Source: Caldimicrobium thiodismutans | GTDB lineage: Bacteria; Desulfobacterota; Thermodesulfobacteria; Thermodesulfobacteriales; Thermodesulfobacteriaceae | Assembly (NCBI RefSeq): GCF_001548275.1 | Contig: NZ_AP014945.1 | Span: forward strand, 420,001 to 452,000 | Length of the DNA: 32,000 nt | Direction: 5' to 3' | In this document: piece by piece, positions 6,975 through 15,667 of the stretch | Numbering within the stretch: position 1 is the stretch's first letter | Layout of the letters: every line of letters begins with the position of its first letter | The notes under the pieces: generated by a model | The model's input: only the letters and a program-made list of their open reading frames with translations | What the model was told of the DNA's origin: nothing | Databases searched by the model: none | Program-made: the position numbers and the translations under genes

Positions 6975-7739
6975 ATGAATCTCTATCGGAGAATCAAAAA
7001 GTTAATAGGGAAGGCAGTTTTTGGGTATGATCTTCTCAGGGAAGGGGATCGGGTTCTCATTACCCTCTCAGGTGGTGAAGATAGCCTTGTTATGACCCAC
7101 TATCTATCAGAATGGAGACATCTTTATAATCAAAACCTTGAAATCTATGCAGTCCATTTAGATATGGGATTCCCAAAGGATGAAAAAGACTACAAGAAAA
7201 AAACTGAGTATTTAAGGGAGTTTTGTGAAAAGAGGGCTCTTCACTTTATCTTTGATAAAATACCTGCAGGAATTCTTGCTATGGAAGCCTTTGATAAAGG
7301 CACTGCCTCTCCCTGCTTTGTATGTTCCTGGAACAGGAGAAAATATTTCTTTAATCTTGCAGATAAACTTAAAATACAAAAGATAGCCTTTGGACATCAT
7401 CAGGACGATGTTATCACAACCTTTTTTATGAATATGTTTTATTGCGGAGAGCTTTCAACCCTTTTACCAAAGCAGGAGATGTTTAAAGGGACTCTCTACC
7501 TGATAAGACCTCTCTATTTTGTGGAAAAAGATATGATTTCTCGATTTGTGGCTAAAATGGGCTGGGATGTGCTTGAGAATCCTTGCCCCTTTTCAGGAGA
7601 AACTAAAAGAGCCTATTGGGAAAAGTTTCTAAAGGAAAATATCTTTTCCCTTGATCCAGTTATCAAAAAGAATCTCTTTTCTGCCATTTTTAATCCTCGC
7701 CCAGAATATCTTCCAGAGCCTCCTAAGCGTGGAAAATAG
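6975..7739 (+). CDS. ttcA: TtcA-family PP-loop tRNA thiolation ATPase (tRNA 2-thiocytidine synthase-like)
   Basis: PP-loop motif LSGGEDSLVM and a CFVCSWNRRKYF (CxxC...RR) motif. ATG 6975 is preferred over the TTG 6966 given in the ORF track. GAGG lies 12 nt upstream. Confidence 0.8.
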   Translation: MNLYRRIKKLIGKAVFGYDLLREGDRVLITLSGGEDSLVMTHYLSEWRHLYNQNLEIYAVHLDMGFPKDEKDYKKKTEYLREFCEKRALHFIFDKIPAGILAMEAFDKGTASPCFVCSWNRRKYFFNLADKLKIQKIAFGHHQDDVITTFFMNMFYCGELSTLLPKQEMFKGTLYLIRPLYFVEKDMISRFVAKMGWDVLENPCPFSGETKRAYWEKFLKENIFSLDPVIKKNLFSAIFNPRPEYLPEPPKRGK

Positions 7740-7748
7740 GGTCTGTTT

Positions 7749-9005
7749 TTAATTACTTATAAGTTCTTCAATAAGCTTAAGGGTCTTAGATAAAGCTCCC
7801 CTTTTTTCCTGTAAAATTTTATATGCGCTTTCACCAAGATAATGTCTTTTTTCAGGGAGCTCAATGAGTTCTCTAATTTGCTGGGCTAAATCTTTAGCTT
7901 CTACTTGCAAGAGACTCTTCTTTTCTACGAATTCTTTCACAAAAGGAAAGTTTTCAGTATAAGGGCCAATGATAACAGCCTTTTTCCAAAAGATGGCTTC
8001 AAGTGGATTTTGTCCTCCATGGGGTATAAAGCTACCCCCAATGATAGCAAGATCACAGATTCTGTAAAGACTTGCCAGAGCTCCCATCTCATCAAAAAGA
8101 ATTACACCTCTTGAAGCGGTAAGTTCCTGATTTTTCCCTTTTATGGAGCTATATTTAGCATAAAAATCTTCCTTAGGAAGGTAACTCTTTATTATCTCCT
8201 CAACCTCAGAGAATCGTTCAGGATGTCTTGGGACAAGGATGAGAGTTCCTTCTGAGGAGTTTTCAAGAAAGGCCTTAAGAATCAATTCCTCTTCAGGGGG
8301 GTGAGTGCTTCCAGCCAAAAGGATCGGCCTTGGCAAAGATTCTAATTCAGGAAAATCTTTTTTTTCAGGGTTTAGTTCAAATTTTAGATTACCGACAACC
8401 TTTATTTTTTCAGGATTTACTCCCAAAGCCTTAAGTCTTTCTGCATAAATATCTTCCTGAACCGCAAGAAAGGCCATTTTTTCAAGGAGAGGACTGAAGA
8501 AAAATCTAAATCGGAAATAATTTTTAAATGATTTTTCACTAATTCTTCCATTAATAAGAGCAAGAGGTATTTTTTGAGCAATAACCTTTATTAGATTTGG
8601 CCAGAGCTCAGTTTCAGTTATAAAAAGGGCCTTGGGTTTAATTTTTTCGTAAAATCTTTTCAAAGGACAGGGTAAATCAAAGGGAAGGTAATAGACCTTA
8701 ACAGGTAGCCCTGAAAATCTCTTTTCAGCCACATTTTTACCTGTATCAGTAATTGTAGTAATAACTATATTATAATTTTTGGAAAGCTCTTTAATTAGGG
8801 GGGTAAGAGAGCTCACCTCTCCTACGGAGACCGCATGTATCCAGAGGATTTGAGTGTTGCTTGGAAAATGATGAGGGGGGGTTATTAATCCCAGTTTTTC
8901 TCTGAGCCATTGAATTCTTAACCCACGGGGTCTTTTGAAAAACTCCCTTGGAAAAAGGAGAATTATAGCAAGCCCATAGAGTATGGAATAGAGCAAAAAC
9001 ATCAC
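7749..9005 (-). CDS. waaA: 3-deoxy-D-manno-octulosonic acid (Kdo) transferase
   Basis: 418 aa with an N-terminal membrane anchor, the WIHAVSVGEV motif and a glycosyltransferase fold typical of KdtA/WaaA. Confidence 0.88.
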   Translation of the reverse strand: MMFLLYSILYGLAIILLFPREFFKRPRGLRIQWLREKLGLITPPHHFPSNTQILWIHAVSVGEVSSLTPLIKELSKNYNIVITTITDTGKNVAEKRFSGLPVKVYYLPFDLPCPLKRFYEKIKPKALFITETELWPNLIKVIAQKIPLALINGRISEKSFKNYFRFRFFFSPLLEKMAFLAVQEDIYAERLKALGVNPEKIKVVGNLKFELNPEKKDFPELESLPRPILLAGSTHPPEEELILKAFLENSSEGTLILVPRHPERFSEVEEIIKSYLPKEDFYAKYSSIKGKNQELTASRGVILFDEMGALASLYRICDLAIIGGSFIPHGGQNPLEAIFWKKAVIIGPYTENFPFVKEFVEKKSLLQVEAKDLAQQIRELIELPEKRHYLGESAYKILQEKRGALSKTLKLIEELISN

Positions 9006-9652
9006 AGATGAATAAGAGCTACCTGTGTAAATTGATGATTTTTTTCTCTACGAAAGCTATGATAAATATTCCCCAGACAATGGGTGCAATGCGATGAGGC
9101 CCAGAGGTTTTCTTCCGGGATCCCTGAGGTTCTGGCTTGATATAGGTTTATTTCCCGCAAATTCAAAAAATATTTTCCCTCTCTCTGCGAAAGAAAAGGG
9201 GGCTTTTTTAGATAGGTATACAGAGCGTCAATAACCTCATTTTTTACCTCATAACAGCTTCCCTGAATATGAGGGCCCAGGGCTACAAGTAAATCTTCAG
9301 GCTTATATCCAAGTTTTATAAGCCCTTCAAGGGTCTTACTCAGGATTCCTGCCAGGGTTCCTCTCCAGCCTGCATGGACCGAGGCAATGCATGCTTGTTT
9401 TTTATGAGCAATAAGTATAGGAACACAATCAGCGGTCTGCACTCCTATGGAAAGTCCTTTCAGCTGAGTTATAACTGCGTCCCCTTCTTTACTTAGGGGA
9501 TTAGTAGGAGCTTTAAGTTCTATAATTTTGTCAGAATGAATCTGAAGAGGAAAAAAAGTTTCAGGAAAGAGATTAAAAATCTCGTTTTTGGGAAGTTTGA
9601 AGCTAAAAAAGCCAGGGATTTTGAAGCTTTGAAAAAGAGGTGGTGAGATCAT
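9002..9652 (-). CDS. pgeF: YfiH/PgeF family (DUF152) purine nucleoside phosphorylase / peptidoglycan editing factor
   Basis: Motifs QTADCVPIL and VHAGWRGT, plus C-terminal CTHC...FSFRRE-like residues. Confidence 0.82.
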   Translation of the reverse strand: MISPPLFQSFKIPGFFSFKLPKNEIFNLFPETFFPLQIHSDKIIELKAPTNPLSKEGDAVITQLKGLSIGVQTADCVPILIAHKKQACIASVHAGWRGTLAGILSKTLEGLIKLGYKPEDLLVALGPHIQGSCYEVKNEVIDALYTYLKKPPFLSQREGKYFLNLREINLYQARTSGIPEENLWASSHCTHCLGNIYHSFRREKNHQFTQVALIHL

Positions 9653-9653
9653 C

Positions 9654-10268
9654 TCAAAGTCTTTGCAAAAATTCCGGTAATTTCTTCTTGAGTTCTTTAA
9701 GAGCCTTAGCGCGGTGACTTAATTGATTTTTAATCTCCAAGGGTAGTTCAGCAGCTGTTTTTTCAAAATTAAATTCCCTGACTAAAAAGATGGGATCATA
9801 GCCGAATCCATATTCTCCCCTTGGGGAGAAGGCAATTTTACCCTCCCAGACTCCCTCAGTTGAGATATATGCACCTGAAGGATGATAACATACCATAACA
9901 CAGACAAAACGAGCACTCCTTTTTTCATCCGGGAGATCTTTCATTAATTCAAGAAGTTTTAAATAATTTTTTTCATCGGTGGCATTTTCTCCTGCAAAGC
10001 GGGCGGAATGGATGCCAGGTGCACCTCCGAGGGCAGATACTTCAAGGCCAGAGTCATCGGCTAAGGCAAGAAGGCCTGTTTTTTCCGCATAATATCTGGC
10101 TTTCAAGAGGGCATTTTCAAAAAAGGTTTTTCCAGTCTCAGCAGGGGGCTTAAGCTCTTGAAAATCTTTAAGCGATTTGATTTCAAGCTCTAAATCTTTC
10201 AGAATCTCAGTAATTTCTTTTATTTTCCCCAGGTTTGTAGTTGCAATTAAGAGACTTTTAACCTTCAC
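9654..10268 (-). CDS. rdgB: Non-canonical purine NTP pyrophosphatase RdgB/HAM1
   Basis: 204 aa with ATTNLGKIKEI, DDSGLEV and FGYDPIF motifs. It lies adjacent to rph, as in many bacteria. Confidence 0.9.
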   Translation of the reverse strand: MKVKSLLIATTNLGKIKEITEILKDLELEIKSLKDFQELKPPAETGKTFFENALLKARYYAEKTGLLALADDSGLEVSALGGAPGIHSARFAGENATDEKNYLKLLELMKDLPDEKRSARFVCVMVCYHPSGAYISTEGVWEGKIAFSPRGEYGFGYDPIFLVREFNFEKTAAELPLEIKNQLSHRAKALKELKKKLPEFLQRL

Positions 10269-10971
10269 GAAGGGCCTCCTTTTGTTTTTGAATCAACTGA
10301 TAAATCCCCTTTTCAGCTAAATTTTTCATCTCCAAAAAATCTTCCCAGGCAAAAAGGCCTTTTTCTGCTCCTGCCTGTATTTCTGCAATTTTGCCAGATT
10401 CAGTGAGAAAAAAGTTAGCATCCACCTCTGCCAGAAGGTCTTCTTCATAATTTAGGTCAAGGTAAAAGGTGGGGCCTATTTTTCCTACGCTAACACCTGC
10501 TACATATTCCAGCACAGGGTCTTCCTGAAGTATGCCCCTTTCTATAAGTTTTTGGACAGCCCTTTTCATGGCTACAAAGGCCCCAGTAACAGAGGCGCAT
10601 CTTGTTCCTCCATCGGCATTGAGGACATCACAGTCTACCCAGAGGGTCCTTTCTCCAAGTTTGGTAAGGTCAGTGACAGATCTCAGGACCCTTCCAATGA
10701 GTCTCTGGATCTCCTGAGAGCGCCCCTTTCTCCCCATGGTCTCTCTGGGGGTTCTTTCAGGGGTTGCTCCTGGCAAAAAGGCATATTCAGAGGTAATCCA
10801 GCCAGTTCCCGTGCCTTTCAGAAAGGAGGGGACCTTTTCCTCAAGGCTAACTGTGCAAAGGACCGCTGTATCTCCCATTTCAATGAGTACCGAGCTTAAA
10901 GGATTTTTTAAAAAATCTGTAACCATTTTTATTTGTCTGATTTCATCAAAGGCTCTTCCTTCTTTTCGCAT
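10258..10971 (-). CDS. rph: Ribonuclease PH
   Basis: 237 aa with MRKEGRAFDEIRQI, GWITSEYAFLPGAT and DCDVLNADGGTR motifs. Confidence 0.93.
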   Translation of the reverse strand: MRKEGRAFDEIRQIKMVTDFLKNPLSSVLIEMGDTAVLCTVSLEEKVPSFLKGTGTGWITSEYAFLPGATPERTPRETMGRKGRSQEIQRLIGRVLRSVTDLTKLGERTLWVDCDVLNADGGTRCASVTGAFVAMKRAVQKLIERGILQEDPVLEYVAGVSVGKIGPTFYLDLNYEEDLLAEVDANFFLTESGKIAEIQAGAEKGLFAWEDFLEMKNLAEKGIYQLIQKQKEALREG

Positions 10972-11887
10972 CTCTTACCCCTTCAACTGCAAAATCAATT
11001 TGATGTCTTTCAGGTAAAAATTGTAGGCTCTTCTCAAGATGAATAGCTTTGGTTGGACAAACCTCTAAACAATTGAGGCATCTTATGCATTCAACAGAGT
11101 TTAATTCCTTAGGGATGGTTAACTGCATCGGACAAACCTTTTCACAAATCGTGCAACCCGTGCATTGATTTTTAATCCAGCTCAAGCGAAAAAGGCTAAA
11201 TTTATTAAATATTCCATAGATTAATCCAAGGGGACAGAGATTTTTGCAAAAAAAACGCATTTCCATAAGGCAAAACATGAGAATTAATATAAGAAGAAGG
11301 CTTTTCCATGCAAAGACCAACCCGATCTTCTGCACAAGAGCAGGCTGAATCAAGAGGTTGAGGTAGCCAGCCTCAAGGGTTCCTGCAGGACAAACATATT
11401 TACAAAACCAGAGAATTCCATAGCCAATTTCTTTAATAAAAAGAGCAGGAAATAGCAAAACAAAAAAGATAAGCAAAAGATGTTTGAGATATCTTTGAGC
11501 CCGGTAAGGTAGATTAAAATTTCTTTTATAAAAGGGAATCTTATAGAGAAGTTCCTGAAGGAGGCCAAAAGGACAGAGCCAGCCACAGATAAACCTTCCC
11601 AAAAAAAGGCTCATAAGTAGAAGGTATCCCAGTAAATATAAAAAAACCTTACCTAAATATGACCAGGGGAGTAATTTTACCGAGATCATAATTTGCTGAA
11701 TAGAGCCAAGGGGACAGGAGAAAAGGGCTGCTGGACAGGAATAACAGTTGAGACCCGGGGCACAAAATCTCTTAAGGGCACCAGTGTATAAGTTTCCGGT
11801 ACTTAAAAAACCTGTATAGCCATTTTGAAAAAGGGTCGCCAGAACCTGAATAAATCTTCTAATTCTAAAAATCTTCATTTTCTTCAA
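10946..11887 (-). CDS. NapH/MauN-like polytopic membrane 4Fe-4S ferredoxin
   Basis: 313 aa and multi-TM, with repeated C-x3-CP motifs (CPFGLLQE, CPAGTLE, CPLGLIYG). Two C-terminal ferredoxin motifs are present (CTGCTICEKVCP, CIRCLNCLEVCP). ATG 11878 is a likelier start than TTG 11887. Confidence 0.8.
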   Translation of the reverse strand: MKKMKIFRIRRFIQVLATLFQNGYTGFLSTGNLYTGALKRFCAPGLNCYSCPAALFSCPLGSIQQIMISVKLLPWSYLGKVFLYLLGYLLLMSLFLGRFICGWLCPFGLLQELLYKIPFYKRNFNLPYRAQRYLKHLLLIFFVLLFPALFIKEIGYGILWFCKYVCPAGTLEAGYLNLLIQPALVQKIGLVFAWKSLLLILILMFCLMEMRFFCKNLCPLGLIYGIFNKFSLFRLSWIKNQCTGCTICEKVCPMQLTIPKELNSVECIRCLNCLEVCPTKAIHLEKSLQFLPERHQIDFAVEGVRDAKRRKSL

Positions 11888-12020
11888 GACCCATGCAGGA
11901 AAGACAGAGTATACTCCCTCTGGATTGAATGAAATTAAAACCTTGAGAGGCTCCTAAAAAAAGGGTTAAGAGAGCTATGATCCAGAGGATAAGGGGAATT
12001 GAGCGTTTAATTTTTTTCAT
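11865..12020 (-). CDS. Possible 51-aa small membrane protein with CxxC (below the ORF-track length cut-off)
   Basis: Hand translation: MKKIKRSIPLILWIIALLTLFLGASQGFNFIQSRGSILCLSCMGLEENEDF. There is one TM helix. The ATG overlaps the glmM stop (ATGA), and the 3' end overlaps the NapH-like start. Confidence 0.45.
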   Translation of the reverse strand: MKKIKRSIPLILWIIALLTLFLGASQGFNFIQSRGSILCLSCMGLEENEDF

Positions 12021-13369
12021 GTAAGCCTCTTTTTTAAGAAATCTGCAAGCTCCTCAGCAAGCTCCTGAGCCAGTTCAAAAGAGCAGGCCTCAACCATAAC
12101 TCTGTATTTTGGCTCTGTCCCTGAGGGCCTTACAAGAATCCTTCCTTTATTTCCCAATTTTCTTTCAATCTCTTTAATTTTCTCAGGGAGGCCCACTATC
12201 TCATTTAAGTTCTTTTTTTGTGAGACCTTTATATTTATTAAAACCTGAGGATATTTTTCAAAGGGTGGATAATATTCAGAAAGCCTCTTTTCTTTCTCTC
12301 TGAGGATAGCAAGGAGCCTTAAGGCACAGAGAAGGCCATCTCCGGTTGTAGATTTATCAAGAAAAATTAAGTGTCCTGAGGTTTCCCCACCTAAGAGAGC
12401 TCCTTTTTCTTTCATGGCCTGCACCACATAGCGGTCTCCCACTGGGGTGCGAATAAGTTCCAAACCTGCTTTCTTTAAAAACTCTTCAAGCCCTTTATTG
12501 GTCATAACAGTCCCTACAATGTAAGGAGTATTCAAAAGATTCTTTTCTTGAAGATAGAGGCTGAAGAAGGCAAGCAAATCATCACCGTCCCAGAAATTTC
12601 CTTTCTCATCAATTATCGCGATGCGATCTCCATCTCCATCCAAAGCAACTGCAAGATCAAGTTGGTGTGTGGTAAGGAGATTTTTAACCTTTTCTGGATA
12701 GAGGGCTCCACATTTTTCATTGATATTAAGACCATTGGGTTCACAGCCTACTGGGAAGACTTCTGCTCCAAGCTCTTCAAGAACAAGAGGCCCGATTTGA
12801 TAGCAGGCTCCATTTGCACAATCTATCCCAATTTTATATCCTTCAAAATTCAGATGGCCCGGAACAACTGATTTCAAATGCACTGCATAACGGCCTAAGG
12901 CATCTTTAATTCTAAAAGCCCTTCCAAGCTCTGACTTAAAGGCCCTTTTTTCCTGAAATTTTTCATCAAAAATAAAGGTTTCGATCCTTTCTTCATCTTC
13001 ATCTGGAAGTTTAAAACCATCTTTAGCAAAGATTTTTATCCCATTATCATAATAAGGATTGTGGGAGGCTGAGATCATGACCCCGGCATCCGCTCGCATA
13101 TCTTTGGTAAGAAAGGCAATCCCTGGAGTGGGGATAGGACCTACTAAATAAACTGTGACCCCCATGGAACAAAGCCCTGAAGTCAAGGCTGTTTCAAAAA
13201 GATAACCGGAAAGGCGGGTGTCCTTCCCAATAATTACTTTGCTGGTGTGATGATTTTGATTTCTGAAAAGGAAACCTACAGCCCTCCCTACTTGAAGGGC
13301 AATTTCTGGGGTCATGGGAAAAAGATTAGCTTCTCCGCGTATACCGTCTGTGCCAAAAAGCTTTCTCAT
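12017..13369 (-). CDS. glmM: Phosphoglucosamine mutase
   Basis: MRKLFGTDGIRG N-terminus, the active-site ISASHNPYYDNGIK motif and DGDGDR. Start moved to ATG 13369, because the ORF-track start 13429 would overlap cdaR by 47 nt. AAGGA lies about 10 nt upstream. Confidence 0.93.
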   Translation of the reverse strand: MRKLFGTDGIRGEANLFPMTPEIALQVGRAVGFLFRNQNHHTSKVIIGKDTRLSGYLFETALTSGLCSMGVTVYLVGPIPTPGIAFLTKDMRADAGVMISASHNPYYDNGIKIFAKDGFKLPDEDEERIETFIFDEKFQEKRAFKSELGRAFRIKDALGRYAVHLKSVVPGHLNFEGYKIGIDCANGACYQIGPLVLEELGAEVFPVGCEPNGLNINEKCGALYPEKVKNLLTTHQLDLAVALDGDGDRIAIIDEKGNFWDGDDLLAFFSLYLQEKNLLNTPYIVGTVMTNKGLEEFLKKAGLELIRTPVGDRYVVQAMKEKGALLGGETSGHLIFLDKSTTGDGLLCALRLLAILREKEKRLSEYYPPFEKYPQVLINIKVSQKKNLNEIVGLPEKIKEIERKLGNKGRILVRPSGTEPKYRVMVEACSFELAQELAEELADFLKKRLT

Positions 13370-13382
13370 ATAGAAAATATCC

Positions 13383-14009
13383 TTAACGAGAGAGATAGAT
13401 AATTTTAACCTGCTCTGGCTGAACTTCAAGCACCTTGTCAGGGCGAAGAACTTTTACATTTAAAACCCTTAATTTTTTCAATTCAAAAAAGTCAACTTCC
13501 TCAGTTTGAACAAATTCAATGGCTTGTAGGTCATCCCAGAAGCCTTTAATATTTACTGATCCAGGGTTGATAATAATCTTAAAATTTGAACTGGGAGGAC
13601 CTTCTTTAAAAATCACTTTCACAGGAATTTTTTTAATGGAAACTTTTCTTATGACTAAGCTTACATAATAAGGGGTAACCTCTTTTATTTTAACATTCTC
13701 TGGGAGATTTAATTTTTCAATAGGTATACGCACCTGATGAATACCAGGGGGGTAATTAGAAAGGTTTAAGTCAATCTGGATGGATTGTTTGTTCAGTTTT
13801 CGAAGATCATTCCGATTAGCAGTAAGTTTTAGGGTTACTGTGCTTGGGTTTATTTCCCAGATATATTGTTGATTAAGGGCCCCTTTAACCTGAATGGGGA
13901 CCTCAAAGGTGCGTTCAACAGGTTTGCCCCAGACCACAAAATACCAGAGGGTTACTGATAAAAGAAAAGCCATAATTTTTAATTTATGCTCTCTTTTCAC
14001 TTTGGGCAT
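13383..14009 (-). CDS. cdaR: YbbR-domain protein (CdaR-like regulator of diadenylate cyclase)
   Basis: 208 aa with an N-terminal TM anchor and beta-rich YbbR-like repeats. Its position between cdaA and glmM also supports the call. Confidence 0.7.
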   Translation of the reverse strand: MPKVKREHKLKIMAFLLSVTLWYFVVWGKPVERTFEVPIQVKGALNQQYIWEINPSTVTLKLTANRNDLRKLNKQSIQIDLNLSNYPPGIHQVRIPIEKLNLPENVKIKEVTPYYVSLVIRKVSIKKIPVKVIFKEGPPSSNFKIIINPGSVNIKGFWDDLQAIEFVQTEEVDFFELKKLRVLNVKVLRPDKVLEVQPEQVKIIYLSR

Positions 14010-14811
14010 CCTTTTTTATCCTCTGCCACCAGGGAGCTTTTGTTTCAAATCCAAGAAGTTGAGAAAGCATTTTTCTTAGGGTTGCCGGGGTCAAATCCCT
14101 GGTTATTTTCCCGCTAACTGCTAAGGAGATCTGTCCCTTTTCCTCGGATACAATGACAGCCACTGCATCAGTAAGCTCCGTTATTCCAAGGCCAGCTCTG
14201 TGTCTTGTGCCTAAGTCTTTGGCAATCTCTGGATTGGTAGACAGGGGGAGAACCACTCCTGCTGCAAGAATTTTATCTTCACTTATAATCACTGCTCCAT
14301 CGTGAAGAGGAGATTTAGGATAAAATATGCTCACCAAGAGCTCCTGAGAGATCCTGGCATTCATAGGAATGGCGCCCTCCAGATAGTCTTTCAGACTGAT
14401 CTCGCGTTCAAAGACAATGAGGGCTCCAATCTTTTTTCCTGCCAAGATTTCAGCTGCCTTGACCACCTCTTCTATACCATAAGAATATTGAGCTTGAAGT
14501 TTCATAAAAGGTGCTGTCCCAATTTGAGCTAAAGCTCTGCGAATATCATCTTGAAAAATAATGATGATTAAAATAAGGATGGAAGATAAAAAGGTGTGGA
14601 GTAACCAATTTAAGGTTAAAAGCTGAAAGATTTCTGAAAAGAAATAAAGAAAAACCAGAAAGGCAAGACCAGCAACCATCTGAAGAGCACGAGTTCCTTG
14701 AATTAAAAGCAAAATTCTGTAAATAATAAATCCTACAATCAAAATATCTATAAGATCAGTTAAGCGGAAGGCCTTTATAAATTCTAAAAAGTAATTGAGA
14801 TCAAATTTCAA
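13984..14811 (-). CDS. cdaA: Membrane-anchored diadenylate cyclase CdaA (DisA_N/DAC domain)
   Basis: 275 aa with three N-terminal TM helices and DAC motifs (LHDGAVII, GTRHRAGLGITE). Confidence 0.9.
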   Translation of the reverse strand: MKFDLNYFLEFIKAFRLTDLIDILIVGFIIYRILLLIQGTRALQMVAGLAFLVFLYFFSEIFQLLTLNWLLHTFLSSILILIIIIFQDDIRRALAQIGTAPFMKLQAQYSYGIEEVVKAAEILAGKKIGALIVFEREISLKDYLEGAIPMNARISQELLVSIFYPKSPLHDGAVIISEDKILAAGVVLPLSTNPEIAKDLGTRHRAGLGITELTDAVAVIVSEEKGQISLAVSGKITRDLTPATLRKMLSQLLGFETKAPWWQRIKKDAQSEKRA

Positions 14812-15659
14812 CCTTCAAGTTCCTTAAAAAGGTATTTAAAGGTTTTTAAAGTATCTTGCACCATAGCCACATTGTGAACTCTTAAGAAATGAACCCCCTG
14901 TAAATAAGCGAAGATAGCAACCCCAGCTGTGCCTGCATCCCTTTCAGAGACAGGTTTTTTAAGAATTTCTCCAATAAAACTCTTTCTGGAAGGTCCAAGA
15001 AGAATTGGTCTGTCAAATTCTTGAAATTCCTTTAGACCTTTGAGAATGCTAAGATTATGTGTGAAATTTTTCCCAAAACCAAGACCAGGATCAAGGATAA
15101 CTTTATCCAGAGAAATACCCTTCTGAGAAAGGATATTCAGGCGCTCACTAAAATAGGTCTTAATTTCTTTAATTACATCTTGATATTGGGGATTTATTTG
15201 CATGGTCTGAGGAGTCCCTTGGATGTGCATAATAACGATAGGACAATTAAAGTCTTTAGCTACATCAAGTATTTTTGGGTCAAATTGGCCTCCTGAGATA
15301 TCATTAATTATGTCTGCTCCGGCCTTTAAGGTCTCTTCTGCTACTTTTGATTTATAGGTATCAATGGAAAGAATTGCCTTGGGAAAGGCCTCTCTTAAGG
15401 CCTTGACAACTGGTAAAACCTTTTTTAACTCTATCTCTTCTGGAACTGGTTCAGCAAAAGGGCGGGTGGATTCCCCTCCTATATCCAGAATTTTTGCTCC
15501 AGCTTGTAATAGCTTATCAGCCTTAGCAAGGGCTTTATCAATGGTTTCTGCCTCTCCACCATCTGAAAAGGAATCTGGAGTTACATTAAGTATCCCCATA
15601 AGATAAGGAGTATCTTCCCAATCAAAGTATTGGTCTCTAATTTTGATGGGTAAAGGCAT
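14808..15659 (-). CDS. folP: Dihydropteroate synthase
   Basis: 283 aa with GILNVTPDSFSDGG, DIGGESTRP and DPGLGFGK motifs. Confidence 0.93.
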   Translation of the reverse strand: MPLPIKIRDQYFDWEDTPYLMGILNVTPDSFSDGGEAETIDKALAKADKLLQAGAKILDIGGESTRPFAEPVPEEIELKKVLPVVKALREAFPKAILSIDTYKSKVAEETLKAGADIINDISGGQFDPKILDVAKDFNCPIVIMHIQGTPQTMQINPQYQDVIKEIKTYFSERLNILSQKGISLDKVILDPGLGFGKNFTHNLSILKGLKEFQEFDRPILLGPSRKSFIGEILKKPVSERDAGTAGVAIFAYLQGVHFLRVHNVAMVQDTLKTFKYLFKELEG

Positions 15660-15667
15660 GGTTTACT

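Noticed and set aside
6824-7030. 68-aa plus-strand ORF
   Set aside because: It reads straight through the tRNA-Pro gene and into the ttcA start region, so it is an artefact.
7740-7748. Terminator between the convergent ttcA and waaA genes
   Set aside because: Only 9 nt separate the two stops and no stem-loop can form there. Termination must occur within the opposing gene or be factor-dependent.
13370-13429. 20-codon N-terminal extension of glmM in the ORF track
   Set aside because: The extension would overlap cdaR by 47 nt, and its sequence (MKFSQSRLKLSISLVKDIFY) is not GlmM-like. The canonical MRKLFGTDGIRG start has its own AAGGA RBS.
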